This document shows positions 38,797 through 48,308 of a stretch of 64,000 bases of DNA, in pieces; the stretch's first letter is position 1; each line of letters begins with the position of its first letter. This DNA comes from Thermoleophilia bacterium. GTDB lineage: Bacteria; Actinomycetota; Thermoleophilia; UBA2241. The notes beneath the pieces were generated by a model. It saw only the letters and a list, made by a program, of their open reading frames with translations. It made no database searches and was not told the DNA's origin. The translations under genes and the position numbers were made by a program. The DNA lies in contig DASRZL010000098.1 in the NCBI GenBank assembly GCA_035686425.1, positions 2,761 to 66,760 of the forward strand, written 5' to 3'.

Positions 38797-39792
38797 TCAC
38801 TGGGCCGCTGCGAGCGGGACGACGGTCCCGGCCACCTCCGCCGGTACGGCGCGAGGCAGCGCCTCGTCGCGGGCTGCCGCCAAGAGGTCGTCGATGCGGC
38901 GCACCGTGGGGAAGGAGGAGGCGCCGGTCGCAAGCGTCTGCCGGCGCCCGGCGATGAGGCTCCCGCTCACCTCGTGGGCGAGGTCGCAGGCTGTCTGCCG
39001 GGCCTCGGTGAGCGAGAGGCCGGGGAGGACGAGCACGAGACCGTCAGGTCGCACGCGGAAAGCGCGCCCGTCGGCGCAGAGCCGGCGTTCCGCGCGCCGG
39101 GCGACGCCGCGGACGAGCTCTTCGCTGCCCTCGGCGCCGAGGAAGTTGCGGCTGTCCTCGTACTGCTCCAGACGCACGTACACGACGCTGAGCGGCCGGT
39201 GTTCTGCGAGGGCCGCCGCCGTCGACCCGTCCAGGAAGCCGGGAAGGCAGGCGGCGGTCGAGAGTCCCGTGCTCACATCGACCTTGGGTGCGTGCGGCTG
39301 TCGCCTGCCGCCGGCCGGCCGGCGAGGGAGCCTGGTCGCCGCGACGCAGCCGCCGGCGACCAGCACCACGATCTTGGCGACGCCGCCCACGCGGCTGCCG
39401 CCCAGCGACGGGTCGGCGATGGCCAGGACGACGATCAGACCCAGGGCGGGTCCGACGAGATATGGCCACTCACCACGCGGCGCACCCGCGAGCTGCCCCA
39501 TGGCGAGGAGTGGCACGGTGCCGAGCAGCCAGCTCTCCGCGCCGCCGGAGAGGACCAGAGCGAGGCCGAGGAGCAGCCAGTCGAGGACGACGAACGTGTG
39601 TGCGAGTTCGACGGGGCGCGTGCGCGCGACTCTGACGGAGTAGACGCCGATGAGGACACCGCCCAGCGCCGGCGCCGCCGCGGCGCGGTACCCGAGCGCC
39701 AGGGCGAGGACGGTGAGCAACAGGAAGAAGAGGGTCCGGTATCGTGCTCGCAGGAGCGCCGGGTCGCGGCGTCTGCGAGAGGGGCGGCTCAC
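38797..39792 (-). CDS. Membrane protein with degenerate GGDEF domain
   Basis: About 5 TM helices, then DVSTGLST, RLEQYEDSRNFLG..GSEEL and FRVRPDGL in place of R.GGDEF. Confidence 0.75.
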   Translation of the reverse strand: MSRPSRRRRDPALLRARYRTLFFLLLTVLALALGYRAAAAPALGGVLIGVYSVRVARTRPVELAHTFVVLDWLLLGLALVLSGGAESWLLGTVPLLAMGQLAGAPRGEWPYLVGPALGLIVVLAIADPSLGGSRVGGVAKIVVLVAGGCVAATRLPRRPAGGRRQPHAPKVDVSTGLSTAACLPGFLDGSTAAALAEHRPLSVVYVRLEQYEDSRNFLGAEGSEELVRGVARRAERRLCADGRAFRVRPDGLVLVLPGLSLTEARQTACDLAHEVSGSLIAGRRQTLATGASSFPTVRRIDDLLAAARDEALPRAVPAEVAGTVVPLAAAQ

Positions 39793-40339
39793 TCGAAGGC
39801 CGTCCGCGTCATGCGAGGCGTGAAGGGTGCGCGTTGCATGCAGGGACTATTCTGGCAGGGATCCACGAATCCTTCAAGGTCAAGTTCAGGGTTTGGGTTA
39901 AGGCCTCGAGAGCCGGCGATGGCGCACGGGCTGCGGGACCATGAACCGCGAAGCGGAGGGGTCTGGCGCCCCGGCGACCACACCCTCACCTCCGGCCTGC
40001 GCCATGCTTCGAGGAGCATCGGGGGGGCGACCGTGGAGCAGGAGAAGCCGAGGCGCCGACGCTCGACACGGCAGCCACCGCGCCGGTGCCGGCACCACCG
40101 GCACCACTAGCGGCACCACGAGCGGCATCACGCGCGCCACCGGCCGACGCCTCCAGCGGCACCGCTGCCGGAGCCATCCACGGTACCGCGCGGCATCGCT
40201 GGCGGCACCTCCGGCGGCACCGCGAGCGAGGCACAGCGTGGCGCCCTCACCGGCGGCGCCGGCGTGCGGTCGCGCCGGGTTCCGTCATCCGGACGGGGGA
40301 GGCTGGCGCGCGGCCGCGCCTCGGCTATAATCGGCCCCC

Positions 40340-42130
40340 TTGGAACGCCAGCTCTTCTTCTCCGGAAACGAGGCGATCGCCCACGGTGCTGCGCGCGCCG
40401 GGGCGGGTTTCGCCTGCGGGTACCCCGGCACTCCCTCCACGGAGATCATCGAGACCACCGCTGGGCTCGACGGCATCCACAGTGAGTGGTGCATCAACGA
40501 GAAGGTGGCTCTCGAGACCGCGGTCGGCGCATCGCTTGCCGGGGTGCGCAGCATCGTGACCATGAAGCACGTCGGCCTCAACGTGGCCGCCGACCCGTTG
40601 ATGACGCTTTCCCTGACCGGCGTCAATGCCGGCCTGGTCGTCATCTGCGCCGACGACCCCGGCATGCACTCCTCACAGAACGAGCAGGACAACCGCAACT
40701 TCGCGAAGTTCGCGAAGGTGCCCATGCTGGAGCCTTCCGACAGCCAGGAGGCCTACGACTTCGTCGCCGAGGCCTTCGCCCTCTCGGAGGAGTTCGACAC
40801 GCCCGTGCTGCTGCGGACTACCACCCGTATCTCGCACGGGCGCGGCCTGGTGCTGCCGCGCGTGCCGGTCGAGGTGCCGCCGCGCGAGTATGCGCGGGAC
40901 ATCACCAAGTACGTCATGGTCCCGCAGTACGCGCGGCAGCGGAACCGGCTCGTCCTCGAGCGCCTCGAACGGCTACGGCGGCGTGCCGAGGAGAGCCCGC
41001 TCAACGTGCTCGAGGCGGGCACGTCGGACTTCGGCATCATCGCATCCGGCGTCGCGTACGCCTACGCGCGCGAGGCGTTTCCCAAGGCGTGGTTTCTCAA
41101 GCTGGGCCTCTCGCACCCGTTTCCCTACGCCAAGATCACCCGCCTGTACGAGCACGTATCGCGCGTGGCCGTGGTGGAGGAGCTCGATCCGTTCTTCGAG
41201 ATGCAGGTGCGGGCGCTCGGCCTGCCGGTGATCGGCAAGGCGGCCATCCCGATGGACGGTGAGCTGAACCAGGAGATCGTCTTCCGCGCGCTGGAGCCGT
41301 ACGTGCTGCGCAAGCCCCCTCGGCGCCGGCGGCCGGTGCCTCCTCCGGCGCTGCGCATCTCGAGCCCGCCGCAGCCCGCCGCCGGGTTGCCGGTCCGCCC
41401 GCCGGTGCTCTGTCCGGGATGCTCGCATCGCACCGTGTACGCCGCCCTGCGGCGCCGCAAGCTCGCTCCGATGGGCGATATCGGCTGCTACACGCTCGGT
41501 GCGCTACCTCCGCTCCTGGCGCTGGACAGCTGCCTCTGCATGGGAGCCAGCATCGGCATGATGGCCGGCTTCAACAAGGCCCTGGGGCGTAAGGCGGCCG
41601 TCGCCGTGACCGGGGACTCGACCTTCTTCCATTCGGGCATCACACCGCTGATCGACGCCTTCTACAACGAGGTCGAGGGCATGGTGATGGTGCTGGACAA
41701 CCGCACCACCGCGATGACCGGCCACCAGGGTCACCCGGGGACGGGTCTGCACCCGGACCTCAGCGAGGGCCCCGCCGTAGACATCCAGAAGCTCGTCGAG
41801 GGCATCGGCGTTCGCTGCGTCACCATCGACGCCGGCGACTACCCGGCGCTGGACGCCGCCATCAAGGCCGAGGCGAAGGCCGCCGGTCTCGGCGTCATCG
41901 TCGCCCGTGCGCCGTGCGTCCTCACCACGCGCGCGAAGCCGGGCGAGGTCACGGTCGACGAGGAACGCTGTGATCTGTGCGGCGTCTGCGTGGGCCTGGG
42001 CTGCCCGGCGCTGGCCCCGGGGGAACTCTCCGTGTCGATCACCGAGACCTGCGCGGCCTGTGGTCTGTGCGTCGAGGTCTGCCGTCGCGGCGCCCTGAGC
42101 TACGCCGCCTCCCGCGAGGACGCGCCGTGA
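40340..42130 (+). CDS. iorA: Indolepyruvate:ferredoxin oxidoreductase alpha subunit
   Basis: GYPGTPSTE, NEKVALE, MKHVGLNVAAD, CPGCSHR, GDIGCY, GDSTFFHSG, two C-terminal ferredoxin motifs. Confidence 0.93.
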   Translation: MERQLFFSGNEAIAHGAARAGAGFACGYPGTPSTEIIETTAGLDGIHSEWCINEKVALETAVGASLAGVRSIVTMKHVGLNVAADPLMTLSLTGVNAGLVVICADDPGMHSSQNEQDNRNFAKFAKVPMLEPSDSQEAYDFVAEAFALSEEFDTPVLLRTTTRISHGRGLVLPRVPVEVPPREYARDITKYVMVPQYARQRNRLVLERLERLRRRAEESPLNVLEAGTSDFGIIASGVAYAYAREAFPKAWFLKLGLSHPFPYAKITRLYEHVSRVAVVEELDPFFEMQVRALGLPVIGKAAIPMDGELNQEIVFRALEPYVLRKPPRRRRPVPPPALRISSPPQPAAGLPVRPPVLCPGCSHRTVYAALRRRKLAPMGDIGCYTLGALPPLLALDSCLCMGASIGMMAGFNKALGRKAAVAVTGDSTFFHSGITPLIDAFYNEVEGMVMVLDNRTTAMTGHQGHPGTGLHPDLSEGPAVDIQKLVEGIGVRCVTIDAGDYPALDAAIKAEAKAAGLGVIVARAPCVLTTRAKPGEVTVDEERCDLCGVCVGLGCPALAPGELSVSITETCAACGLCVEVCRRGALSYAASREDAP

Positions 42131-42723
42131 ACGGGACGACGACGGTCTCGCTCGTCGGGGTGGGCGGCCAGGGCATCCTGCTCGGCACGGCCATCCTCGC
42201 GGCGACCGCCGCCGGCGCCGGCCTCGAGGTGAAGTCCAGCGAGGTCAAAGGCATGGCGCAGCGCGGCGGCAGCGTGCTCAGCAGCGTCCGCTTCGGCGAG
42301 CATGTCTGGTCGCCGGTCGCACCACACGCCGACGTCGTCGTCGCCACAGAGCTCCTCGAGGGCTTCCGCGGCCTCGGTCTGCTCGGCGGGAACGGAACGC
42401 TCGTCTGCGCCGCCACCACGCGGATCACGCCGGGAAGCGTGCTGCGTCGCGAGGAGGAGTACCCGGGTGATCTCGCGGGCGCGGCCGCGCTGCGCGGCGT
42501 GCGCCTGCTCGCCCTCGACGCTGAGGCGATCGCCCGCGAGGCGGGTTCGCTGCGCGCCGTCAACGTCGCGCTGCTCGGCGCCGCCTCGACCGTCCTCCCG
42601 TTCGACGATGAGCAGTGGCACCGCGGCCTCGAGGCCGTGGTGCCGGCGAAGATCCTCGAAGTCAATCTGCGCGCGTTCGAGCTCGGGCGCGCCGCGATCG
42701 CCAGCCAGGAGGTCGAGTCGTGA
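42127..42723 (+). CDS. iorB: Indolepyruvate:ferredoxin oxidoreductase beta subunit
   Basis: GVGGQG, GMAQRGGSV, N..LLGA, N.RAFELG. Confidence 0.92.
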   Translation: MNGTTTVSLVGVGGQGILLGTAILAATAAGAGLEVKSSEVKGMAQRGGSVLSSVRFGEHVWSPVAPHADVVVATELLEGFRGLGLLGGNGTLVCAATTRITPGSVLRREEEYPGDLAGAAALRGVRLLALDAEAIAREAGSLRAVNVALLGAASTVLPFDDEQWHRGLEAVVPAKILEVNLRAFELGRAAIASQEVES

Positions 42724-43133
42724 AGGTCACGCAGCTCACCGTGTTTCTCGAGAACCGCAGCGGTCGTCTGGCGGAGGTCGCCGACATCATCGGCAGGGCC
42801 GGGATCAACATCCGCGGTTTCTCCACCACGGAGGCGGCCGAGTACGGCATCGTCCGCCTGATCGTCACCGACCCGGAGCGAGCGCGCACGCTGCTGCACG
42901 ATGCCGGGTTCACGACGCACTTCTCCCGGGTCCTCTGCGTGAAGGTCGCAGACGAGCCCGGCGGGCTCGCCGAGGTGCTGGACCAGCTCGCGGCCGCGGG
43001 CGTCTCCATCGACTACCTCTACAGCATCTCGTTCTGGAACATCTGCTTTGCGGTGCGCGACATCGACCGCGCCGTCGAGCTCCTCGCCGACAAGGTGAAG
43101 CTGCTCACCGACGAGGAGGTGTGGGCCCTGTGA
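42720..43133 (+). CDS. ACT domain protein (tandem ACT)
   Basis: QLTVFLENRSGRL, GINIRG, DEPGGLA. Confidence 0.88.
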   Translation: MKVTQLTVFLENRSGRLAEVADIIGRAGINIRGFSTTEAAEYGIVRLIVTDPERARTLLHDAGFTTHFSRVLCVKVADEPGGLAEVLDQLAAAGVSIDYLYSISFWNICFAVRDIDRAVELLADKVKLLTDEEVWAL

Positions 43134-44530
43134 ATACCCGCCGTAGGCAAGGTATCGAGCGGGGCGCCGAAGGGACACCGCTCTCCACCGCTCTCGAGGA
43201 ACACCTCACCCCGGACGAGGCAGGCGGGCTCTACTGGCAGCCGGCCGCGGAGACCCTGGCCACGCCGCGGCTCGGCGAGCTGCAGATGGAGCGGCTCCGG
43301 GAGACGCTTGAGAACGCCTACGAGAACGTCCCGTTCTACCGCAAGAAGCTGGACGAGCTCGGCGTGATGCCCGGCGACGTGAGCAGTCACGGCGACGTCG
43401 CCGATCTGCCCTTCACGACCAAGATCGACCTCCGCGACCACTACCCCTTCGGCATGTTCGCCCGGCCGCGGGACCAGATCGTGCGCGTGCACGCCAGCTC
43501 CGGCACGACCGGCAACCCGACGACGGTCGGCTACACCCGTGGCGACATCGACGTCTGGAGCGACTTGATCGCCCGGACCCTCGCCGCCGGCGGCGTCAAG
43601 CCGGGCGACCTGCTGCAGAACGCCTTCGGCTACGGGCTCTTCACCGGCGGGCTCGGCCTGCACCTCGGGGCAGAGCGCCTCGGCTGCATCGTCGTGCCCA
43701 TCTCCGGCGGCAACACTGAACGGCAGCTCAAGATCATGCGCGACTTCGGCGCGACGGCCCTGAGCTGCACGCCTTCGTACGCCATGTACCTGGCCGACGC
43801 CGCTCGCGACCGCGGCCTGCGCCCGGACGACCTGCCGCTGCGCGTCGGCTTCCACGGCGCCGAGCCTTGGACCAACGAGCTGCGCGCCCAGATCGAAGCG
43901 GGGCTCGGCGAGGACGCCCTGGACATCTACGGGCTCTCCGAGATGGGCGGCCCGGGGGTCGGCTACGAATGCCTCTGCAAGGCGGGCATGCACGTCAACG
44001 AGGATCACTACCTCGCCGAGATCATCGACCCGGAGACACTGCGGCCGCTGCCTGAGGGCGAGGTCGGTGAGCTCGTCTTCACGACCCTCACCCGCGCGGC
44101 CCAGCCGCTCATCCGCTATCGCACCCGCGACCTCTGCACGCTCACCTCCGAGCCGTGCGCCTGCGGCCGGACCTCGGTGCGCATGAGCAAACCGATCGGG
44201 CGCAGCGACGACATGCTCATCATCAGGGGCATCAACGTGTTCCCCAGTCAGATCGAAGAAGTGCTGATGAGCATCCCGGCCATCGAACCGCACTACCAGA
44301 TCGTCGTCGACCGCAAGGGCTACCTTGACGTCATCGAGATCTGGGTCGAGGTCGGGGAGGACCTCTTCGCGGAGACCATGGGCGACCTCGAGCGCTTCCA
44401 GCGCGGCGTGCAGGCGCAGATCTACAACGTCCTGAACATCCAGGTCGCGGTCAAGCTCAAGGAGCCCAAGGCGATCCAGCGCTCCCAGGGCAAGGCGGTA
44501 CGCGTCGTCGACCGGCGCAAGGCGCTGTAG
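43130..44530 (+). CDS. paaK: Phenylacetate-CoA ligase
   Basis: HASSGTTG, YGLFTGGLG, YGLSE.GGPG, RYRTRD, GRSDDMLIIRGINVFP. Exact start uncertain. Confidence 0.92.
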   Translation: MNTRRRQGIERGAEGTPLSTALEEHLTPDEAGGLYWQPAAETLATPRLGELQMERLRETLENAYENVPFYRKKLDELGVMPGDVSSHGDVADLPFTTKIDLRDHYPFGMFARPRDQIVRVHASSGTTGNPTTVGYTRGDIDVWSDLIARTLAAGGVKPGDLLQNAFGYGLFTGGLGLHLGAERLGCIVVPISGGNTERQLKIMRDFGATALSCTPSYAMYLADAARDRGLRPDDLPLRVGFHGAEPWTNELRAQIEAGLGEDALDIYGLSEMGGPGVGYECLCKAGMHVNEDHYLAEIIDPETLRPLPEGEVGELVFTTLTRAAQPLIRYRTRDLCTLTSEPCACGRTSVRMSKPIGRSDDMLIIRGINVFPSQIEEVLMSIPAIEPHYQIVVDRKGYLDVIEIWVEVGEDLFAETMGDLERFQRGVQAQIYNVLNIQVAVKLKEPKAIQRSQGKAVRVVDRRKAL

Positions 44531-44542
44531 GAGAGACGGACG

Positions 44543-44588
44543 AGACGGCGGCGGGACCGGCTGTTCTCAGCCAGGCCCGCCGCCGTCT
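44543..44588 (+). terminator. Long hairpin after paaK
   Basis: 13-bp AGACGGCGGCGGG/CCCGCCGCCGTCT stem with inner GGCTG/CAGCC pairing; no U-tract. Confidence 0.5.
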
Positions 44589-44600
44589 ATGCTTCGCGCC

Positions 44601-45677
44601 ATGCCGTTCCCGCTGCAGACAGCGCGTCTGACGATCCGGCCGCTCACGGCGGCCGACGGCGCCGACGTGTACGCCGTCCTCGCCGCCCCGAGAGTCATGC
44701 ACTTCTGGAACAGCGCGCCGCCGGCGGACCTCGCGGAGGCCGGCGAGTGGGCGGCGCTCCTCGCCGACATGCAGCGCCGCCTTGGCTTCGCGCAGTGGCA
44801 TGTGAGCGAACGGGCCGGCGGACGCCTCGTCGGCATCGCCGGCCTGCAGCCACTGGACGGAGGATCCGAGGTCGAGATCACGTTCGCGCTCGAGCCGTCG
44901 GCGTGGGGGAGAGGCTACGCCACCGAAGCCGGCGCGGCAACGGTCAAGTACGGCTTCGAAGAGGCGGGGCTCGACCGCATCGTCGGCATCGCCCGTGAGG
45001 CGAACACCGCCTCGGTGACCGTGCTGCGCAAGCTCGGCATGCGCTCGTTGGGCGTCGCCGAGTACTGGGGCAGGCAGTGGGCCAAGTACGGGCTATCGGC
45101 GCGCGCCTGGCTCGCTGAGGATCGTGCCGCTACGCCGCCGCTGGTCACGGAGCGGCTCGAGCTACGCCGCTTCGCGGCGTCCGACCTCGAGCCTCTGCTC
45201 GGTGTGTTCGGCGACGCCGCGGTCATGCGCTTCGTCGGCGCCCAACGGCGCCCCCTCAGCGCCGGCGAGGTCAGCGCATCGCTCGCCGAGGCCGGCGAGC
45301 ACTGGACCGCCCACGGCTTCGGCCCGCTCGCGGTCGTGGAACGCGCCTCCGGGCGTGTGGTCGGGGAGACCGGTCTCCAGCTGCTGGAGGCCGGTCCGGA
45401 TGTGGAGTTGACGTATACGCTGGCCCGGGCCACCTGGGGTCAGGGATACGCAACTGAGGCTGCGCGGGCCGTCCTCCTCTGGGCCTTCGCCGGCTTGCGG
45501 CTGCCTCGAGTCGCCGCTGTCGTGGACCCGGCGAACACGACCTCGTTGCGCGTGCTCGAGAAGCTCGGCATGACCACGCTCGGTGAGCGTGACTGCTATG
45601 GGTCGCTGCTGGCCGAGCACGGGATGACCCTGGGCGAGTGGCGCGATCAGGCCGGACCCGCCGGGCTGCGTCTATAA
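44601..45677 (+). CDS. Tandem RimJ/RimL-type GNAT N-acetyltransferase (two domains)
   Basis: Two copies of T.RL..R...WG.GYATEA...N..S..VL.KLGM. TATGCT 7 nt before ATG 44601. Confidence 0.88.
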   Translation: MPFPLQTARLTIRPLTAADGADVYAVLAAPRVMHFWNSAPPADLAEAGEWAALLADMQRRLGFAQWHVSERAGGRLVGIAGLQPLDGGSEVEITFALEPSAWGRGYATEAGAATVKYGFEEAGLDRIVGIAREANTASVTVLRKLGMRSLGVAEYWGRQWAKYGLSARAWLAEDRAATPPLVTERLELRRFAASDLEPLLGVFGDAAVMRFVGAQRRPLSAGEVSASLAEAGEHWTAHGFGPLAVVERASGRVVGETGLQLLEAGPDVELTYTLARATWGQGYATEAARAVLLWAFAGLRLPRVAAVVDPANTTSLRVLEKLGMTTLGERDCYGSLLAEHGMTLGEWRDQAGPAGLRL

Positions 45678-45684
45678 TCAACGG

Positions 45685-47637
45685 GTGACCTCGCCCCCCT
45701 CAACCCTGCGGCCCCTCCGCGGTCTGCGTCTCGACCTCTCCCGGCGGACGTGCAGCGAAGAGCAGCTGCCCGCCGACGTCGCCCGTGCCTATCTCGGCGG
45801 GCGCGGGCTCGGCGCGTACCTGGCGCTCCGCGAGCGGCTGTTCGACGTGGAGCCGTTCGCTCCCGAGAATCTGCTGATCTTCGCGCCGGGCCCGCTCACG
45901 GGGACCGGTGCTCCGGCGAGCGGCCGCTACAGCGTCACCAGTCGCTCGCCGCTCACCGGGACCGTCTTCGACGGCAACTCCGGCGGCAACTGGGGCAACG
46001 CATTGCGCCGCCTGGGCTGGGACTACCTGGTCGTCGGCGGCGCGCTCGACGCGCCCGGCTACGTGACCATCGGGCTGGACGGCGACGGCGACGCTCGGGT
46101 CGCCGGACCGGAGGCCGCTCAGTCCCTCGACGGCGACGGCGGCGCGGTGCTGCGCCCCGCCGCGGACCTCTGGGGTCTCGACGTGCCGGAGACGCTGGCG
46201 CGCGTGCGCGAGCTGCACCCGAAGTCCGAAGCCGCCGTGATCGGCCCGGCCGGCGAGCGCGGCGTGCTGTTCGGCAGCATCGTGAACAACCGCGGCCGGT
46301 CCATCGGACGTGGGGGCCTCGGGGCCGTGATGGGATCGAAGCGGCTCAAGGCGCTGGTCGTCAGCGGGCGCGGCGATCGCAAGCCGCCGGTGGCCGACCC
46401 CGAGCGCCTGGAGTTCATCGTCTACGAGGCCGAGAAACTGCTCAAGGCCAACCCGATCACCTCGACGGCGCTGCCCGAGTTCGGCACCTCGGTGCTCGTC
46501 AACGTGCTGGACCAGGCCGGAGCGCTGCCGACCCGCAACCACCGCGAGAGCCGGTTCGAGGGCGCCGCGGCCATCTCCGGGGAGGCGCTGAAGAAACACC
46601 ACGTGCATCACCGCTCAGCCTGCCGCGGCTGCATCATCGGCTGCGCCCGGCGCACCACCGCCGGCAGCCAGAGCGGGGAGGGCCCCGAGTACGAGAGCAT
46701 CTGGGCGTTCGGGGCCGAGTGCGGCGTGAGCGACCTCACGGCGATCGTGCAGGCCAATTACGCCTGCAACCGCGCCGGCATGGACACGATCACGATGGGC
46801 GTCACCATCGCCTGCGCCATGGACCTCGCCGAAGAGGGCTTGCTGCCCGGTGGCCCTCGGTTCGGCGACGCGAGGGCCATCATCGAGCTTGCCGAGGCCA
46901 CAGCCACCGGCGAGGGCCTCGGGGCCGAACTCGGGCTCGGCTCGGCGCGTTTCGCCGCCCTCCACGGCCGTCCCGAGCTCTCGATGAGCGTCAAACGACT
47001 CGAGATGCCGGCCTACGACCCCCGCGGCATGAAGGCCCAGGGCCTCGCCTACGCGACCAGCAACCGCGGCGGCTGCCATCTGCGGGCCAACATGCTCGGC
47101 CCCGAGATACTCGGGATACCCAAGATGGTCGACCGCTTCGCCACGCTCGGCAAGGCGGGCCTGCTCATCAACATCCAGAACCTCAACGCGGTCCTCGATT
47201 CGCTGAGCGTGTGCAAGTTCACCGCTTTCGCGATGAAGGAGGACTACTACGCCCGCCAGCTCAGCGCCGTCTGGGGCGAGACCGTCGAGCCGCAGGAGCT
47301 GCTGCTGCTCGGCGAGCGCATCTGGAACACTGAGCACCTCTTCAATCTCGCCGCGGGCTTCACACGCGCCGACGACACACTGCCGCCCCGGCTCCTGCAC
47401 GAACCCGTGCCGGCCGGGCCGTCTGCCGGTCAGGTAGTAGACTTGCCGCCGATGCTGGATGAGTACTACATCTCGCGCGGCTGGGACGCGGGCGGCGTGC
47501 CCTCCGCGGCCAAGCTGGAACGCCTCGGGCTGACTGCGACTGCGGCGGCCGCGGGCATCGCCGCCGCTTCGGCCGGCGCGCCGGACGAAGCGGCGCGCGC
47601 CGGCGCGGCTCCGGAGACCGGAACGACCAACCCGTGA
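45685..47637 (+). CDS. aor: Tungsten-family aldehyde:ferredoxin oxidoreductase
   Basis: YLGGRGLG, SPLTG, GRGGLGAVMGSK.LKA, CRGCIIGC, EYES, DTI, RGGCH. Confidence 0.92.
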   Translation: MTSPPSTLRPLRGLRLDLSRRTCSEEQLPADVARAYLGGRGLGAYLALRERLFDVEPFAPENLLIFAPGPLTGTGAPASGRYSVTSRSPLTGTVFDGNSGGNWGNALRRLGWDYLVVGGALDAPGYVTIGLDGDGDARVAGPEAAQSLDGDGGAVLRPAADLWGLDVPETLARVRELHPKSEAAVIGPAGERGVLFGSIVNNRGRSIGRGGLGAVMGSKRLKALVVSGRGDRKPPVADPERLEFIVYEAEKLLKANPITSTALPEFGTSVLVNVLDQAGALPTRNHRESRFEGAAAISGEALKKHHVHHRSACRGCIIGCARRTTAGSQSGEGPEYESIWAFGAECGVSDLTAIVQANYACNRAGMDTITMGVTIACAMDLAEEGLLPGGPRFGDARAIIELAEATATGEGLGAELGLGSARFAALHGRPELSMSVKRLEMPAYDPRGMKAQGLAYATSNRGGCHLRANMLGPEILGIPKMVDRFATLGKAGLLINIQNLNAVLDSLSVCKFTAFAMKEDYYARQLSAVWGETVEPQELLLLGERIWNTEHLFNLAAGFTRADDTLPPRLLHEPVPAGPSAGQVVDLPPMLDEYYISRGWDAGGVPSAAKLERLGLTATAAAAGIAAASAGAPDEAARAGAAPETGTTNP

Positions 47638-48242
47638 GCTCGACCGTCCTCGAGCAGTTCCAGGCCGTCGGCCGCGATCTCTTCGTCGCCGGCGTCATCA
47701 GCTCGCACGGCGGCAACGTCAGCGTGCGCATGGGGGACCGCATCCTGATCACGCGGCGCGGGTCGATGCTCGCCCGTCTCGAGGAGCGCGACATCATCGA
47801 GACCGGGCTGGAGGAGAACGACGCGAACGTGATGCTCGCCAGCACCGAGATCAACGTCCATCGGGCCATCTACGAGGGAACGGCCGCGCAGGCGATCGTG
47901 CACGCACACCCGCCCTACGCGATCGCCCGCTCGCTCATGTGTGACGAGATCGTCCCCATCGACAGCGAGGGGTCGTACCTCCTGCACAAGGTCCCCGTTG
48001 TCCACACGGAGCTCACGGCGGGATCGAAGGAAGTCGCCGAACTGCTACCCAGGTGGCTCAAGGAATACGACGTCGTGATGCTCCGCGGCCACGGACCCTT
48101 CGCCATCGGCCACTTGCTCGAGGAGGCCTACCAGCTCACCAGCGTGCTCGAGATGGCCTGCCGCATCATGACCATCGCCGACGGCCTGGGAGAGCAGGTC
48201 AAGGAGTACCGCAAAGGATCGGACCGGTACGAGACCTGGTGA
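47634..48242 (+). CDS. Class II aldolase/adducin family protein (FucA-like)
   Basis: GNVSVR, STE..VH..IY, HAH, LRGHG. GTGA overlap with aor. Confidence 0.88.
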   Translation: MSSTVLEQFQAVGRDLFVAGVISSHGGNVSVRMGDRILITRRGSMLARLEERDIIETGLEENDANVMLASTEINVHRAIYEGTAAQAIVHAHPPYAIARSLMCDEIVPIDSEGSYLLHKVPVVHTELTAGSKEVAELLPRWLKEYDVVMLRGHGPFAIGHLLEEAYQLTSVLEMACRIMTIADGLGEQVKEYRKGSDRYETW

Positions 48243-48308
48243 GGCGCGCCGCCGCTGCGCCGCCGAGCACCGGCCCCCTGGTCAGAGCCCGAGCAGGCCG
48301 GCGGCTGT

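Noticed and set aside
39940-40320. ORFs with GGCACC-type short repeats (GTTGTTSGTTSG / VPLVVPLVVP)
   Set aside because: No frame gives a coherent protein with start signals; this looks like low-complexity intergenic DNA between divergent promoters.
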